From Acidobacteriota bacterium (GTDB taxonomy: Bacteria; Acidobacteriota; UBA6911; JACQSX01), in assembly GCA_036507075.1 (NCBI GenBank), contig DASXQR010000003.1, forward strand, positions 32,001 through 96,000: DNA of 64,000 nucleotides, in the 5' to 3' direction. The position numbers were made by a program, and so were the translations under genes. Within the stretch, counting starts at the first letter, position 1; each line of letters starts with the position of its first letter. Below, one piece after another: positions 20,619-31,566 of the stretch. The notes under the pieces are model-generated. The model made no database searches. It saw nothing but the letters and a program-made list of their open reading frames with translations, and was not told where the DNA came from.

Positions 20619-21224
20619 ATGATCAGAAGAATATCCACTTTTTGCGCCGCGGTCACATTGCTGACGGGTCTTTTGCTGGCGCAAGCCCCGGGCCCCTCCG
20701 CCACCCAGGCGTCCCCGAAGCCTGCCGGACCGGCGCCAACGAAGATCGGCTTTATCGACTCGCTGCGAATCGTTTATGAAACCGATGAAGGAAAAAACGA
20801 AATCTCCAAAGTCCAGGAGTTCATCAACAAAAAGCAGTCAGAGTACGACACCAAAAAAACAGACCTGGATAAGTTAAGCGAGCAGTATCAGAATCAGCAG
20901 CGCACTCTTAATCCCGAAACTCGCGGTGAGATGGAGAAGGCTATTCAGTCCCGGGAAACAGAGCTAAAGCGATTCCAGGAAGACACGCAGGCGGAGATTG
21001 ATCGCCAGCGTGACGGCATCCTGGGAAAGCTGGGCCAGAAGATTCAGACTCTGATTGACGATTATGCGCGAGAGAATGGCTTTGCGGCCATTTTTGTCCG
21101 TTCTCAAAACCAGACTTACGTGGCTCCCAGCCTGGATATCACCGACGAAGTAATCCGGCGCTACAATACAAAGTTCCCTGCTGCAAAATCACCGGTCGCT
21201 CCCGCACCGGCAAAGAAGCCCTGA
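20619..21224 (+). CDS. skp: OmpH/Skp periplasmic chaperone
   Basis: Signal peptide, KIGFID, coiled coil, LDITDEVIRRYN; bamA-skp-lpxD synteny. Confidence 0.9.
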   Translation: MIRRISTFCAAVTLLTGLLLAQAPGPSATQASPKPAGPAPTKIGFIDSLRIVYETDEGKNEISKVQEFINKKQSEYDTKKTDLDKLSEQYQNQQRTLNPETRGEMEKAIQSRETELKRFQEDTQAEIDRQRDGILGKLGQKIQTLIDDYARENGFAAIFVRSQNQTYVAPSLDITDEVIRRYNTKFPAAKSPVAPAPAKKP

Positions 21225-21227
21225 TCC

Positions 21228-21352
21228 GGAAAGCAGAAAGCAGGAGGCAGGAAGCAGGAGGCAGGAAGCAGGAGGCCTGCTTCCTGCCTCCTGCCTCCTG
21301 CCTCCTGCCTCCTGTCTCCTGCTTCCTGCTTTCCGCCTTCCGCCTTCCGGCC
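21228..21352. repeat. Inverted GGCAGGA heptamer array
   Basis: (GGCAGGA/AGCAGGA)n abutting (TCCTGCC)n. Confidence 0.9.
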
Positions 21353-21364
21353 TCACGGTTTAAT

Positions 21365-22411
21365 ATGGAGCGCGAAATGGAGAACACGCTTCAGGAACTT
21401 GCAGAGATCACAGGTGGTTCGGTAGTGGGCGACGCTTCGGCTTTGATCAGCGGGATCGCGTCGCTCGAAGAGGCAAGTCCGTCGGACCTTGTCCTGATAG
21501 CGAACCGAAAATTCCTGAGGAAGGCAGCTCAGACCTCGGCGGGCGGGTTCCTGGTCGGAGCGAATATGGAGATAAAGGACCGGAACCTGCTTCGAGTAGA
21601 GAATCCGAAACTCGCATTCGCGCAATTACTATCTCACTTTTACCCGCCGGAGACTCTCCCGCCGGGAATTCATCCAACTGCCCTGGTGGATTCGCGGGCT
21701 TCGGTCGACCCGACGGCCAGTGTCGGAGCCCTGGTTTTCATCGGGCCGGGATGTCGGATCCAGGCGGATTGCCGCATTTTTCCCGGGAGCGTGCTGCTGC
21801 GCGATGTCACGGTGGGTCCCCGCACTGTCATTTACTGCAATGTGTCGATTTATTCGCTGGTGGAGATAGGCAGCGATGTGACCATTCACTCCGGCAGCGT
21901 TATCGGGAGCGACGGATATGGTTTCGTGTTCGACGGAAAGGAACACCGGAAGATCCCCCAGGTCGGGGGCGTAAGAATTGGAAACAAAGTGGAGATCGGC
22001 GCAAACTGCTGCATTGATCGCGCCACTCTGGGAATGACCCTCCTGGGAGACGGCGTAAAGCTGGATAATTCAGTTCACATTGGACATAATTGCGTCATTG
22101 GTGAACATTCGCTGTTGGTTGCACAGGTGGGACTGTCTGGTGGAACGCGCGTCGGAAAGCACGTGACGCTGGCCGGGCAGGTGGGTACCAATCCGCAGGT
22201 AGAGATCGGCGATGGCGCCGTTGTAACCGGCAAAGCGGGAGTATCCCGCAATGTCCCCGCCAACACAAAAGTCTCCGGAATGCCGCCCCTCGAGCATGAC
22301 CGCTGGGTGCGGGCGCAAATTCTATATGCGCGCCTGCCCGAGATTTATGAAACCTTGAAGACCGTGGAGAGGGAAGTCAAAGAGCTGAAATCCAATCGCG
22401 GGCAGAAATGA
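21365..22411 (+). CDS. lpxD: UDP-3-O-acylglucosamine N-acyltransferase
   Basis: Hexapeptide repeats, [32 protein letters not shown]. Confidence 0.96.
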   Translation: MEREMENTLQELAEITGGSVVGDASALISGIASLEEASPSDLVLIANRKFLRKAAQTSAGGFLVGANMEIKDRNLLRVENPKLAFAQLLSHFYPPETLPPGIHPTALVDSRASVDPTASVGALVFIGPGCRIQADCRIFPGSVLLRDVTVGPRTVIYCNVSIYSLVEIGSDVTIHSGSVIGSDGYGFVFDGKEHRKIPQVGGVRIGNKVEIGANCCIDRATLGMTLLGDGVKLDNSVHIGHNCVIGEHSLLVAQVGLSGGTRVGKHVTLAGQVGTNPQVEIGDGAVVTGKAGVSRNVPANTKVSGMPPLEHDRWVRAQILYARLPEIYETLKTVEREVKELKSNRGQK

Positions 22412-22896
22412 GCCGGGACCGGTTGAAAAATCAAATGCAGATGGGCGATTCCAAAGTCGAAGTGCCCTCGCTGGAGGAGATTTTCAAGCTGCTCCCTCAT
22501 CGCTACCCATTCCTTCTGGTGGACCGGATTCTTGAATGGGAGCCGGGAAAAAGGATCGTCGGTTTGAAGAACGTTACCATTAATGAACCATTTTTCAGCG
22601 GCCACTTTCCCGGCAAGCCGATCATGCCGGGAGTTTTGATTATCGAGGCGATGGCTCAGGTCGGAGGTGTCTTGCTACTGCATGCCGCGGGCGCCGAGGC
22701 GCAGAACAGGCTCGTATACTTCACATCGATTGAATCGGCGAGATTCCGCAAGCCGGTAGTGCCTGGAGATCAACTCCGATTGGAAGTCGAGGTATTGAAA
22801 TACAAAATGCGAGTCTGCCGCATTCAGGGAAAAGCCTTCGTGGACGGCCAGCGTGTCGCCGAAGGGATTCTGATGTCATCCCTGGTGGATCGTTGA
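22408..22896 (+). CDS. fabZ: 3-hydroxyacyl-ACP dehydratase
   Basis: [32 protein letters not shown]. Confidence 0.97.
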   Translation: MSRDRLKNQMQMGDSKVEVPSLEEIFKLLPHRYPFLLVDRILEWEPGKRIVGLKNVTINEPFFSGHFPGKPIMPGVLIIEAMAQVGGVLLLHAAGAEAQNRLVYFTSIESARFRKPVVPGDQLRLEVEVLKYKMRVCRIQGKAFVDGQRVAEGILMSSLVDR

Positions 22897-23678
22897 ACCC
22901 GAAAGTTCATCCCACTGCTCTGATTGATCCGGGGGCCCGGCTTGCGCCGGGTGTCAAAATCGGACCGTACTGCGTAGTCGCAAACGACGTGATAATCGGC
23001 CCCGGCACTGAGATCGGTCCCCATGTCATCATCCACGGTCCGACCGAGATTGGATCGGACTGCCGAATTCATTCACACTGCTCGATCGGCTCGGATGCTC
23101 AGGATCTGAAGTTTCGCGGAGAGACGGCCCTGCTGCGGATCGGGAACAACAATCTCATTCGCGAATTCGTAACCATCAATCGCGGTACTGCCGGCGGCGG
23201 CGCCCAGACGGCTTTGGGGGATCACAATTACCTGATGACCGGTGTACACGTGGCGCACGACTGCATTCTTGGCAATCATATTATTCTTGCAAATGCCGCT
23301 ACGCTGGCGGGACACGTGGTGATTCAGGACTATGCGACGGTGGGAGCGTTCTCCGGAGTGCATCAATTCTGCCGCGTCGGAACACATGCTTACATCGGCG
23401 GATATTCGGTGATCACGCGCGACGCTTTGCCGTTCATCAAGACTGTAGGGAATCGAAACGAGGCCAAAACCTACGGCATTAACACACTGGGGCTGGAAAG
23501 AAGGAATTTCAAAAAGGAGGAGGTCCAGGTGTTGAAAAAGGCGTATCGGACTCTTGTTCAGTCGAAATTGCAGTTAAAGGAAGCGCTGGATCAATTGCAG
23601 GCCCAATTTCCAGATGACCAGAATGTGCAGGTGCTGATCCGGTTCGCGTCGGAGTCTGATCGGAGCTTTATACGATAA
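22893..23678 (+). CDS. lpxA: Acyl-ACP--UDP-N-acetylglucosamine acyltransferase
   Basis: [36 protein letters not shown]. Confidence 0.96.
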   Translation: MNPKVHPTALIDPGARLAPGVKIGPYCVVANDVIIGPGTEIGPHVIIHGPTEIGSDCRIHSHCSIGSDAQDLKFRGETALLRIGNNNLIREFVTINRGTAGGGAQTALGDHNYLMTGVHVAHDCILGNHIILANAATLAGHVVIQDYATVGAFSGVHQFCRVGTHAYIGGYSVITRDALPFIKTVGNRNEAKTYGINTLGLERRNFKKEEVQVLKKAYRTLVQSKLQLKEALDQLQAQFPDDQNVQVLIRFASESDRSFIR

Positions 23679-23683
23679 AGAAT

Positions 23684-23802
23684 GAACCGCAAAGGGCGCC
23701 AAGACCGCTAAGGGTTTTAATTTGCACTTAGGCGAGTCACGGTACGGTGACGCCGCCTGAGATAGATGAAAAGCTTCGCGTTCTTGGCGCTCTTCGCGGT
23801 TC
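23684..23802. repeat. 9-mer palindrome (AACCGCAAAGGGCGCCAAG..CTTGGCGCTCTTCGCGGTT)
   Basis: Inverted arms between lpxA and lpxI. Confidence 0.75.
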
Positions 23803-23826
23803 AGCGTTTTGGGCGGGTCAACTTTC

Positions 23827-24636
23827 ATGGATCGTTATGGACTAATCGCCGGAAACGGCAAATTCCCTTTTCTGGTTCTTGAGGCGGCGCGTTCCCGCAA
23901 TATTTCCATGGTCGTTGCCGCTGTCAAGGACGAAGCTTCGCCGCAGATAGACGACGCGGCCGAGACCGTCTGCTGGATGGGAATCGGCCAGCTCGGCAAA
24001 CTGATTGATTACTTCAAACGTGAAGGCGTCCGCAAAGCGCTGATGGCGGGACAAGTCAAGCACGTGCAGATATTCGGCAGCGCCACGCCCGATTGGCGCA
24101 TGATTCGCATGCTGGCCAGGCTTCCACGAAAGAATACGGACACGCTTATCGGAGCGGTGGCTGAGGAACTGGGTCGTGAAGGCATCGAGCTTGTGGACTC
24201 CACGGCGTTCCTCGAGCCGCTGCTGGCGCCCGCCGGATTGATTGCAGGACCTGAGCCGAGCGGGCAGAAGAAAAAGGACATTGCCTACGGGCATGCCGTT
24301 GCAAGGGAGGTTGCCAGGCTCGATATCGGGCAGACGATTGTCGTGAAGGATCAGGCGGTGGTGGCGGTTGAGGCGATGGAGGGAACCGATGCGGTTATCC
24401 GACGCGCCGCGGAATTGTGCGGCGGCGACTTCTGCGTGATCAAAGTCGCCAAGCCGGGTCAGGATATGCGCTTTGATGTGCCAGTCGTGGGAGTGGGAAC
24501 CATCGATACAATGATTGCGGCTCGCGCAGCCTTGCTTGTAATGGACGCGCGCAAAACACTGTTGCTCGATCGCGAGATTATTTCCGAGCGGGCCAACCGG
24601 CATGGAATAACCATTCTGGGAGCAGAACCTGAATGA
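23827..24636 (+). CDS. lpxI: UDP-2,3-diacylglucosamine diphosphatase LpxI
   Basis: GLIAGNGKFP, DIGQTIVV, AVEAMEGTD, KPGQDMRFDVPVVG. Confidence 0.93.
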   Translation: MDRYGLIAGNGKFPFLVLEAARSRNISMVVAAVKDEASPQIDDAAETVCWMGIGQLGKLIDYFKREGVRKALMAGQVKHVQIFGSATPDWRMIRMLARLPRKNTDTLIGAVAEELGREGIELVDSTAFLEPLLAPAGLIAGPEPSGQKKKDIAYGHAVAREVARLDIGQTIVVKDQAVVAVEAMEGTDAVIRRAAELCGGDFCVIKVAKPGQDMRFDVPVVGVGTIDTMIAARAALLVMDARKTLLLDREIISERANRHGITILGAEPE

Positions 24637-25622
24637 TTTCGCTGGCGGTGATCGGCGTTGGCGCTCTGGGTGAGCATCATGCCCGTCACCTTGCTTCCTT
24701 GCCCAACGCTCGCCTTGCAGCCGTGGTCGACATCCAACCACAGCGCGCAAACCAGGTAGCGCAGAGTCTCGGCGTGGAAGCAGCGACCGATTATCGCGTC
24801 CTGCTCGATCGCGTCCAGGCCGTGAGTCTCGCCGCTCCCACACGCCACCACGCCGACATCGCCGTCGATCTGCTGCGGCGCGGAATTCACGTGATGGTGG
24901 AAAAACCGATGGCGGATTCCTTGGCGCAGGCGGATCGCATGGTTGAGGCGGCCGCGCAAGGAGGCGCAATTCTTCAGGTCGGGCACTCGGAGCGCTTCAA
25001 TCCCGCGCTGCGGGCCGTCCGGCCCTATGTCAAAGATCCACGTTTCTTTGAGGCGCATCGCCTGGGAATTTTTGCGCGGCGCAGCCTGGACATCGACGTT
25101 GTGCTCGATCTGATGATTCATGACCTGGATATCATCCGCTCGCTGGTTGACTCCCCCGTCCGGTCGGTGCATGCGGTCGGTATTCCTATTCTCAGCTCCC
25201 GCATCGACATCGCCAATGCGCGGCTCGAATTTGAAAACGGATGCGTCGCCAATGTCACCGCCAGCCGGGTTTCCAGCGAGAAGGTAAGGAAGCTCCGTTT
25301 CTTTCAACCGCATGATTATGCCAGCGTTGATTTCGCTGAACAGAAAGTTTCCTTTTACAGTCTCATGGAGAAGGAGGGTCAGAGGGCGATTGTGGATCGC
25401 AGGATTCAAGTGGTTACTGATGAGCCTCTGCGGCTGGAACTGGCGGCATTTGTGGATGTGGTTCAAAACGGCACACAACCCGAATGCGGTGGCAGAGAAG
25501 GTCGTGCTGCCCTGGAACTGGGACTGATGGTGGTAGAGGCGATGAAGACCCATTCGAATGCGGATTTCGGAATGCGGAATGGGCCCTCGAATGGGGAATG
25601 CGGAATGCGGAATGCGGAATAG
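24633..25622 (+). CDS. Gfo/Idh/MocA oxidoreductase, GnnA-like (UDP-GlcNAc 3-dehydrogenase)
   Basis: GVGALGEHHAR, VEKPMA, QVGHSERFNPA, DVVLDLMIHDLD, ASRVS; located in the lpx operon; last ~20 aa derive from a repeat. Confidence 0.8.
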   Translation: MISLAVIGVGALGEHHARHLASLPNARLAAVVDIQPQRANQVAQSLGVEAATDYRVLLDRVQAVSLAAPTRHHADIAVDLLRRGIHVMVEKPMADSLAQADRMVEAAAQGGAILQVGHSERFNPALRAVRPYVKDPRFFEAHRLGIFARRSLDIDVVLDLMIHDLDIIRSLVDSPVRSVHAVGIPILSSRIDIANARLEFENGCVANVTASRVSSEKVRKLRFFQPHDYASVDFAEQKVSFYSLMEKEGQRAIVDRRIQVVTDEPLRLELAAFVDVVQNGTQPECGGREGRAALELGLMVVEAMKTHSNADFGMRNGPSNGECGMRNAE

Positions 25623-25695
25623 AAAGGTGATTGGTTCCGGTTGCGAAGAGTTGAACAGAATATATTCCGCATTCCGCATTCCGAATTCCGCATTT
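25555..25695. repeat. Inverted GCGGAAT heptamer element overlapping the oxidoreductase 3' end
   Basis: Tandem GCGGAAT, spacer, tandem ATTCCGC. Confidence 0.85.
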
Positions 25696-25781
25696 GGAAG
25701 TCGAATCTTCAACGAATCCTAAGGCAAACGTTGTAAAATGGCTCCTGGACGTGAGATCCGGTCGCTGAAGGAATACCAGAT

Positions 25782-28208
25782 TTGAAGGGATCGATTCAGT
25801 GCAGAGTCGCTGTCCGGAGCGCACTTGATGCGTTCGGCCGGAGGCGACTTCATTTTTTTCACCACCAAGGCACCAAGCCACTCCCTTTCATTCCCTTTCA
25901 TTGCCGGGCTTTACTCCTGTCGCTTCTGCTGTCGCTCGCGCTGTCGGCATGCGGGGGAAAGAAAACCCGAATTCAGGCCCCCACGCCGGCGCCGTCTACC
26001 ACTCAAACTTCAACCCGGGGGGAAACTCCGCCCGCCTCAACTGCAGGCAAGACACCTGATTCCAAGCGCACGCAGCCGCCCCGGGACCAGCGCGCCGGGA
26101 ATCTGCCCCCGGCTGCGCGACCTCGAGATCAACTGCCTTATCCGGCAATTCCTCCAGCGGCGCGCCCCGGCGGCCCCATTTTCCTGCGCGTAGCTCTGGA
26201 CGTCGACCAGGCGGCTGTAGCTTTCAACGCGCCTGCGGAAACCGAACTTTGGGACCAGGAGAAACGGCTGGGCAGCATCACAGGACAGGCCGAGGTTTTG
26301 ATTCCGGTGATGGGTGCCGTTCCGGAAAAGTTCTGGGTGCAGGTAGCCGCACCGGACACGGAAGATGAGGCGGATTCGGTCCTTAGTGATTTCAGAAGGA
26401 AAGGCTACTCCGGTTTATCACGCTGGAATGAAAGGCTGCAACGCTACCAGATAAGACTGGGACCTTATCAAAGCCGCAGCCGCGCCGAACAGGTTCGTTC
26501 GCAGACTACGCCGGACGCGTTCATCGTATCCGAATCGATGGAAACTTCCAGCACAGCCAGCCTGCAGTCCGAGTCAGACCAGTGGTACGGCGCGCGCTTC
26601 CAGTTGCGACCGGCAGAGGGACGGCTGCTGCGCTTTAAAGGGCGCAGTTATCGTGGGTGGTTCGAAGTTTTTGTAAATCGCAAAGGAAGTCTCACACTGG
26701 TTAATGTGGTCGAGCTGGAAGATTATCTGCGAGGCGTCGTTCCCAATGAACTGAGCCCCTATTTGTTTCCCCAGGTTGAGGCTTTGAAAGCGCAGGCGAT
26801 AGCGGCCCGCACCTATGCGCTGCGCAACCGTGGGCAATTTGGCGCGGATGGTTTCGATCTTTTTTCCACAATCCGTTCTCAGGTATACGGAGGCCGTGAA
26901 AGCGAGCGGCCGCTCAGCGATGAAGCCATCCAACTGACTCAAGGATTGATCGCCACTTATCAGGGCCAGCCCATTGAAGCTCTTTATTCGGCCACCTGTG
27001 GAGGACACACAGAAGATTCATCAAATGTCTTTTCATCCAGGGAAGTTCCTTACCTGAAGGGCGTTCCCTGCATGGGTGAGCAGTTGGCGGAAGAAGGCGG
27101 CGAGGGTCTCACAATTCCGGCGGAACTCACCGTGGATTTCAGTCTCGGTTTGGTGTCTCTCAGCGGCATCGATCTGTTTGCTGAAGAAATCGAATACTCG
27201 CGGCGCATTTCCGCAGCCGAAATGCAGTCCTGGACGCGCCGCAGCGCCATGCTGGCCGGTCTGTCGGCGCCGGCGCTTTCCAGCACCGACGTGGAAGGAT
27301 TTTTCTTGTGGCTCAGCAGGACAGCCGGCGCAAGTGAAGCGGAGGCGCGTTATACACCGCGTGATGCCTCCCTGGCATTGAAGGATTTTGAAGATCTGGA
27401 CCTTCTCGACCTGAGACTGAGGCCGCACGTGGCCTGGCTGCTGGAAAAAGGAATTCTTCAGGCGGAAGGAAAGCGGCTCATTCCAGTGCTTCCTTTGCGA
27501 AGAGGTTACGTCTTGCAGGCGTTGGGCCGAATGCTGCAGCTTTATCAGCAGCATTTCGTGCGCCAGGGAAGGATTACCAAACTGGCAGATGGATCCGTTC
27601 AGATTGCCGAGTCTCAGAATGCGGGCAGCTATTCATTCTTGCCTTCGCTGCTTTTGTATCGGCGAGACGGCCGCTCCTTGTCGCCGCTGAGCAGCCTTCG
27701 TCTTCAGGGCGGCGAACCGGTCTGGTTCTTTGCCGATGACCAGGGCTTGAAGCTCCTGATGGTAGAAAACGGAAAGGGGCCGGCCGCAGGCGCGCTCGCA
27801 CCTTCGGCAACCTGGGAGTATCGCATCTCACGCGCCGATCTCTCCAAGCGCATCAACTCGCTGCTGCCGGTCGGGCCGGTGCGGGATATCGAACCAGTCT
27901 CCTACGGCGTATCCGGAAGAGTCCTCAAGCTGCGTGTAGCCAGCAGCCGCGGCGAGACGGTCCTGTCGGGAGCACGCCTGCGCACCGCGCTCGGTCTGCG
28001 CGACACTCTCTTCACGCTCGAGAGATCATTAAACGATGACGGCGTGGTTGAACGATTCATCTTTCGCGGACGCGGCTGGGGACACGGAGTGGGGCTTTGC
28101 CAGATTGGATCTGTCGGTTTGGCCCGCCAGGGAAAGAACTTTGTGGAAATCCTCAAAAGCTACTACTCGGGAATCGAGATCGAACCGATTGCTGTAGAAG
28201 GAAAATAA
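25782..28208 (+). CDS. SpoIID/LytB-domain lipoprotein with SPOR domain (peptidoglycan lytic enzyme)
   Basis: Lipobox LSAC, SPOR (WVQVAA..YQIRLGPY), LEDYLRGVVPNE, EALKAQAIAARTYA, GRGWGHGVGLCQ. Confidence 0.9.
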   Translation: MKGSIQCRVAVRSALDAFGRRRLHFFHHQGTKPLPFIPFHCRALLLSLLLSLALSACGGKKTRIQAPTPAPSTTQTSTRGETPPASTAGKTPDSKRTQPPRDQRAGNLPPAARPRDQLPYPAIPPAARPGGPIFLRVALDVDQAAVAFNAPAETELWDQEKRLGSITGQAEVLIPVMGAVPEKFWVQVAAPDTEDEADSVLSDFRRKGYSGLSRWNERLQRYQIRLGPYQSRSRAEQVRSQTTPDAFIVSESMETSSTASLQSESDQWYGARFQLRPAEGRLLRFKGRSYRGWFEVFVNRKGSLTLVNVVELEDYLRGVVPNELSPYLFPQVEALKAQAIAARTYALRNRGQFGADGFDLFSTIRSQVYGGRESERPLSDEAIQLTQGLIATYQGQPIEALYSATCGGHTEDSSNVFSSREVPYLKGVPCMGEQLAEEGGEGLTIPAELTVDFSLGLVSLSGIDLFAEEIEYSRRISAAEMQSWTRRSAMLAGLSAPALSSTDVEGFFLWLSRTAGASEAEARYTPRDASLALKDFEDLDLLDLRLRPHVAWLLEKGILQAEGKRLIPVLPLRRGYVLQALGRMLQLYQQHFVRQGRITKLADGSVQIAESQNAGSYSFLPSLLLYRRDGRSLSPLSSLRLQGGEPVWFFADDQGLKLLMVENGKGPAAGALAPSATWEYRISRADLSKRINSLLPVGPVRDIEPVSYGVSGRVLKLRVASSRGETVLSGARLRTALGLRDTLFTLERSLNDDGVVERFIFRGRGWGHGVGLCQIGSVGLARQGKNFVEILKSYYSGIEIEPIAVEGK

Positions 28209-28331
<123 letters not shown>

Positions 28332-28343
28332 AGAATTACGAAT

Positions 28344-29288
28344 TTGCTACACAAAAGCCAAACCAAGCCCGCTCTCATCTCCATTGTCGGTCCCACAGCC
28401 TCGGGAAAGTCGTCGTTGGCCCTGGAAATCGCCAAACATGTCGGTGGTGAGATCATCAGTTGCGACTCGCTGCAGGTGTATCGCGACTTGACGGTAGGAA
28501 CGGGGAAGCCTTCGGTCGCCGAGCTGTCGCGTGTGAAACATCACCTGATCGGGATCCTGAAATTGGACGAGATTTTTTCCGCCGGCGATATGCAGCAGCG
28601 CGGCCGGGGCGTGATCGAAGAACTGGCGGCAAGAGGAGTTCCAGCGGTCGTCGCGGGTGGAACCGGCTTCTACTACCGCGCTCTGCTGTATGGTTTGTCG
28701 TCCGCGCCGGCCCGGTCGCAAGCGTTGCGCCGGCGCCTCCAACACATCGCGACGCGCAGGGGTGGTGACTTTCTGGTTCGCATGCTCGAGCGCGTCGATC
28801 CGCAAAGCGCCGCCCGCATCATGCCGCGTGATCGAATGCGAATCGTGCGGGCGCTGGAGGTATTTTTCGCCAGTGGAATCCCGTTTTCCCGCTTCGCCGG
28901 CGGGCAAGACCAATGGCTGGATCAGTTTTGCTGGATCGGCTTGGGGCTGAATCCGGATCGAAAATCTCTTTATGATAAGATCAACTGTCGCGTGGAGCGG
29001 ATGTTGCGCGGAGGCTGGCTGGAAGAGGTAAGCGATCTACTGGCGCAGGGAGCAAATCCGGAATGGAAGGCCTTTGAGGCGATCGGCTACCGGCAGGTGG
29101 TTGATTATCTGCGCCAGGGGGGCGATATCGACGCTCTGGTGGAGCTCATCCGGCAGCAGACCCGCAATTACGCCAAGCGTCAGTGGACCTGGTTTCGCAG
29201 AGAGCCCGGGATCCGTTGGCTGCCCGGATTTGGAGAACAGCCCGAAATCATCGCGACAGCTCTAGAACACATTGACAGGTCACGTTGA
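28344..29288 (+). CDS. miaA: tRNA dimethylallyltransferase
   Basis: GPTASGKS, DSLQVYR..GTGKP, GGTGFY, TRNYAKRQWTWFR. Confidence 0.96.
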   Translation: MLHKSQTKPALISIVGPTASGKSSLALEIAKHVGGEIISCDSLQVYRDLTVGTGKPSVAELSRVKHHLIGILKLDEIFSAGDMQQRGRGVIEELAARGVPAVVAGGTGFYYRALLYGLSSAPARSQALRRRLQHIATRRGGDFLVRMLERVDPQSAARIMPRDRMRIVRALEVFFASGIPFSRFAGGQDQWLDQFCWIGLGLNPDRKSLYDKINCRVERMLRGGWLEEVSDLLAQGANPEWKAFEAIGYRQVVDYLRQGGDIDALVELIRQQTRNYAKRQWTWFRREPGIRWLPGFGEQPEIIATALEHIDRSR

Positions 29289-29289
29289 A

Positions 29290-29498
29290 GAGTTCACGAG
29301 TTACGGGTTTACGGGTTTGCGAGTTACGGGTTGCGGGTTTACGGGTTGCGGTTAGCTTGTTGACTTTATTAATATTCGGAGCCCGCTTGTGGCGATACTG
29401 AACCTAAACCCGTAACTCGCAAACTCGTAACCCGCAAACTCGTAACCCGTAAACTCGTAAACCCGTAACTCGTAAACCCGTAACTCGTAAACCCGCAA
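29290..29498. repeat. Inverted heptamer/octamer array (ACGGGTT..AACCCGT/AACTCGT)
   Basis: Same family as 14101-14350. Confidence 0.85.
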
Positions 29499-29504
29499 CG
29501 CAAG

Positions 29505-30968
29505 ATGGTTGACTTTGAGCCCGTTATTGGTTTGGAGGTTCACGCCCAACTGCTTACGCAGTCGAAAATTTTTTGCGGCTGCAGCACGCGATTCGGCGGC
29601 GAACCAAATACTCGCACCTGTCCGGTGTGCCTGGGGCTCCCTGGCGCGCTTCCGGTGTTGAATCGCGAAGCCGTCACCATGTCCATCAAGACAGCGCTCG
29701 CTTTGAATTGCCGTCTCAATCAGCGATCCGTGTTCGCGCGCAAGAACTATTTTTATCCCGACCTTCCGAAGGGATACCAGATTTCCCAGTTTGATCTACC
29801 CCTGGCCGAGGACGGATGCGTCGAATTGCTCACCGGGGAGAGATCGGAAGCCGGAAACATCGTAAATTACAAGAAGAAAAAATTCGGCATTATCCGTCTT
29901 CACCTGGAAGAAGACGCGGGAAAATCGATTCACGACGCAGGCGATACCACTTACGTTAATCTCAATCGCAGCGGCGTTCCGTTGATCGAAATTGTTTCCC
30001 GGCCGGACTTCCGTTCTTCTCAGGAAGCATACGATTACGTCAGTTACCTGCGCCGCGTCCTTCTTTATCTTGGTGTAAGCGATGGCAACATGGAGGAAGG
30101 GAGCCTTCGCTGCGACGCAAACGTCTCGGTAAGACCGAAAGGCCGGGAAAAATTCGGGACTAAAACCGAGATCAAGAATTTGAACTCGTTCCGCTTTCTG
30201 CAAAAGGCGCTTGATTACGAGATCAAGCGGCAGGTTAGCGAAATCGAGGCCGGCAGGGACATTTCGCAGGAGACGCGCCTGTGGGACCCGGATCGCGAAC
30301 AGACATTCGTGATGCGCTCGAAGGAGGAAGCTCATGATTATCGTTATTTTCCCGAGCCGGACCTTCCCCCGCTGGAGGTCTCCGATGATTGGCTGCAGGA
30401 GGCCAGGAACTCGATTCTTGAATTGCCGGAGGCAAAAAGAGAGCGTTTTTGCGCCCGTTTCGGCTTGAGTGATGTGGATGCTCTGCTGATCTGCTCGTCC
30501 AGGGAATCTGCCGATTATTACGAAAAAGCAGCCGTCAGGAGCAAGAATCCTGGTGGAGTGGCCCGCTGGTTCATCGGAGATTTTTCCGCTCTGTTGAAGC
30601 GCGACGGCGGCGATCTCTCGCAAGTTAAGATTCGACCCGAGCACCTGGCTGAAATGGTCGAGATGATTGATTCGGGCGAGATAAGTGGAAAGATCGCGAA
30701 ACAGATTTTCGAGGAGATCTGGTCGACGGGGGAATCCCCTCAGGATGCGGCACGCCGGCTGGGTATGCGCCAGATCAGCGACAGCGCGGCGCTCGGCCAG
30801 ATCGTGGAATCCGTAATTGCATCCAATCCCGGGCAGGTTGCAGACTATCGAGCCGGCAAGACAAAGCTGCTGGCATTCTTCGTCGGCCAGGTGATGAAGG
30901 AAACCAGGGGCCAGGCGAACCCGCACTTGTTAAACGAGCTGCTGAGGAGAAAACTGGGGCAAGTCTAG
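29505..30968 (+). CDS. gatB: Asp/Glu-tRNA amidotransferase subunit B
   Basis: [43 protein letters not shown]. Confidence 0.98.
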   Translation: MVDFEPVIGLEVHAQLLTQSKIFCGCSTRFGGEPNTRTCPVCLGLPGALPVLNREAVTMSIKTALALNCRLNQRSVFARKNYFYPDLPKGYQISQFDLPLAEDGCVELLTGERSEAGNIVNYKKKKFGIIRLHLEEDAGKSIHDAGDTTYVNLNRSGVPLIEIVSRPDFRSSQEAYDYVSYLRRVLLYLGVSDGNMEEGSLRCDANVSVRPKGREKFGTKTEIKNLNSFRFLQKALDYEIKRQVSEIEAGRDISQETRLWDPDREQTFVMRSKEEAHDYRYFPEPDLPPLEVSDDWLQEARNSILELPEAKRERFCARFGLSDVDALLICSSRESADYYEKAAVRSKNPGGVARWFIGDFSALLKRDGGDLSQVKIRPEHLAEMVEMIDSGEISGKIAKQIFEEIWSTGESPQDAARRLGMRQISDSAALGQIVESVIASNPGQVADYRAGKTKLLAFFVGQVMKETRGQANPHLLNELLRRKLGQV

Positions 30969-31098
30969 AAGGCGGCGGAAGGCTGGAGGCAGGAAGCAGG
31001 AGGCAGGAGGCGGAAGGCAGGAAGCAGGAGGCGGAAGGCAGGACGCAGGAGGCAGGAAGCAGGAGACTGCCTCCTGCCTCCTGCCTTCCGCTTTCCGC
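30968..31098. repeat. Inverted GGCAGGA heptamer array
   Basis: Long left arm, short right arm (CTGCCTCCTGCCTCCTGCCTTCCGC). Confidence 0.85.
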
Positions 31099-31176
31099 GT
31101 TGTCTTTACCGGTGATTGTCTCTAAAATACGCGCGTAACCGGGGCCCGTTCACTTAACCAATAGCTAAGGAGAACC

Positions 31177-31566
31177 ATGAGCAATCCAAACTACACACCT
31201 CCGCCGCCCACTCCGCCGCCCACTACGAATCCGCCTTCGAGCGGCGACTCGAACCGTGCCATAATGGTCGTGCTCAGTTATCTTTGGCTGCTTGCGCTGA
31301 TCCCGTTGCTCGTGGAAAAGAACGACAACGAGGTGCGGTGGCATGCCAAAAATGGCTTGGTGCTGACCGCAGCGGAATTCATTGTGTGGATCGTGCTGAC
31401 GGTGGTCAGCGCCGTAGTACCCGTTCTTGGGGCGCTGGCAGGCTGTGCGGTGATGCCATTTGTCTGGCTGGGCTTCCTTATTCTCCATATCGTCGCTATG
31501 GTGAAGGGATTACAGGGAGGCCGTTTCTATATTCCAGGCCTTTCCCAGTATGCGGACAAGTTTTAA
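31177..31566 (+). CDS. DUF4870-like small membrane protein
   Basis: Pro-rich N-terminus, LSYLWLLALIPLLVEK..VRWHAKNGL, three TM helices. Confidence 0.75.
   Translation: MSNPNYTPPPPTPPPTTNPPSSGDSNRAIMVVLSYLWLLALIPLLVEKNDNEVRWHAKNGLVLTAAEFIVWIVLTVVSAVVPVLGALAGCAVMPFVWLGFLILHIVAMVKGLQGGRFYIPGLSQYADKF

Noticed and set aside
29505..30968. gatB without gatC/gatA as an anomaly
   Set aside because: Split gat genes are common, and the rest of the genome is not visible.
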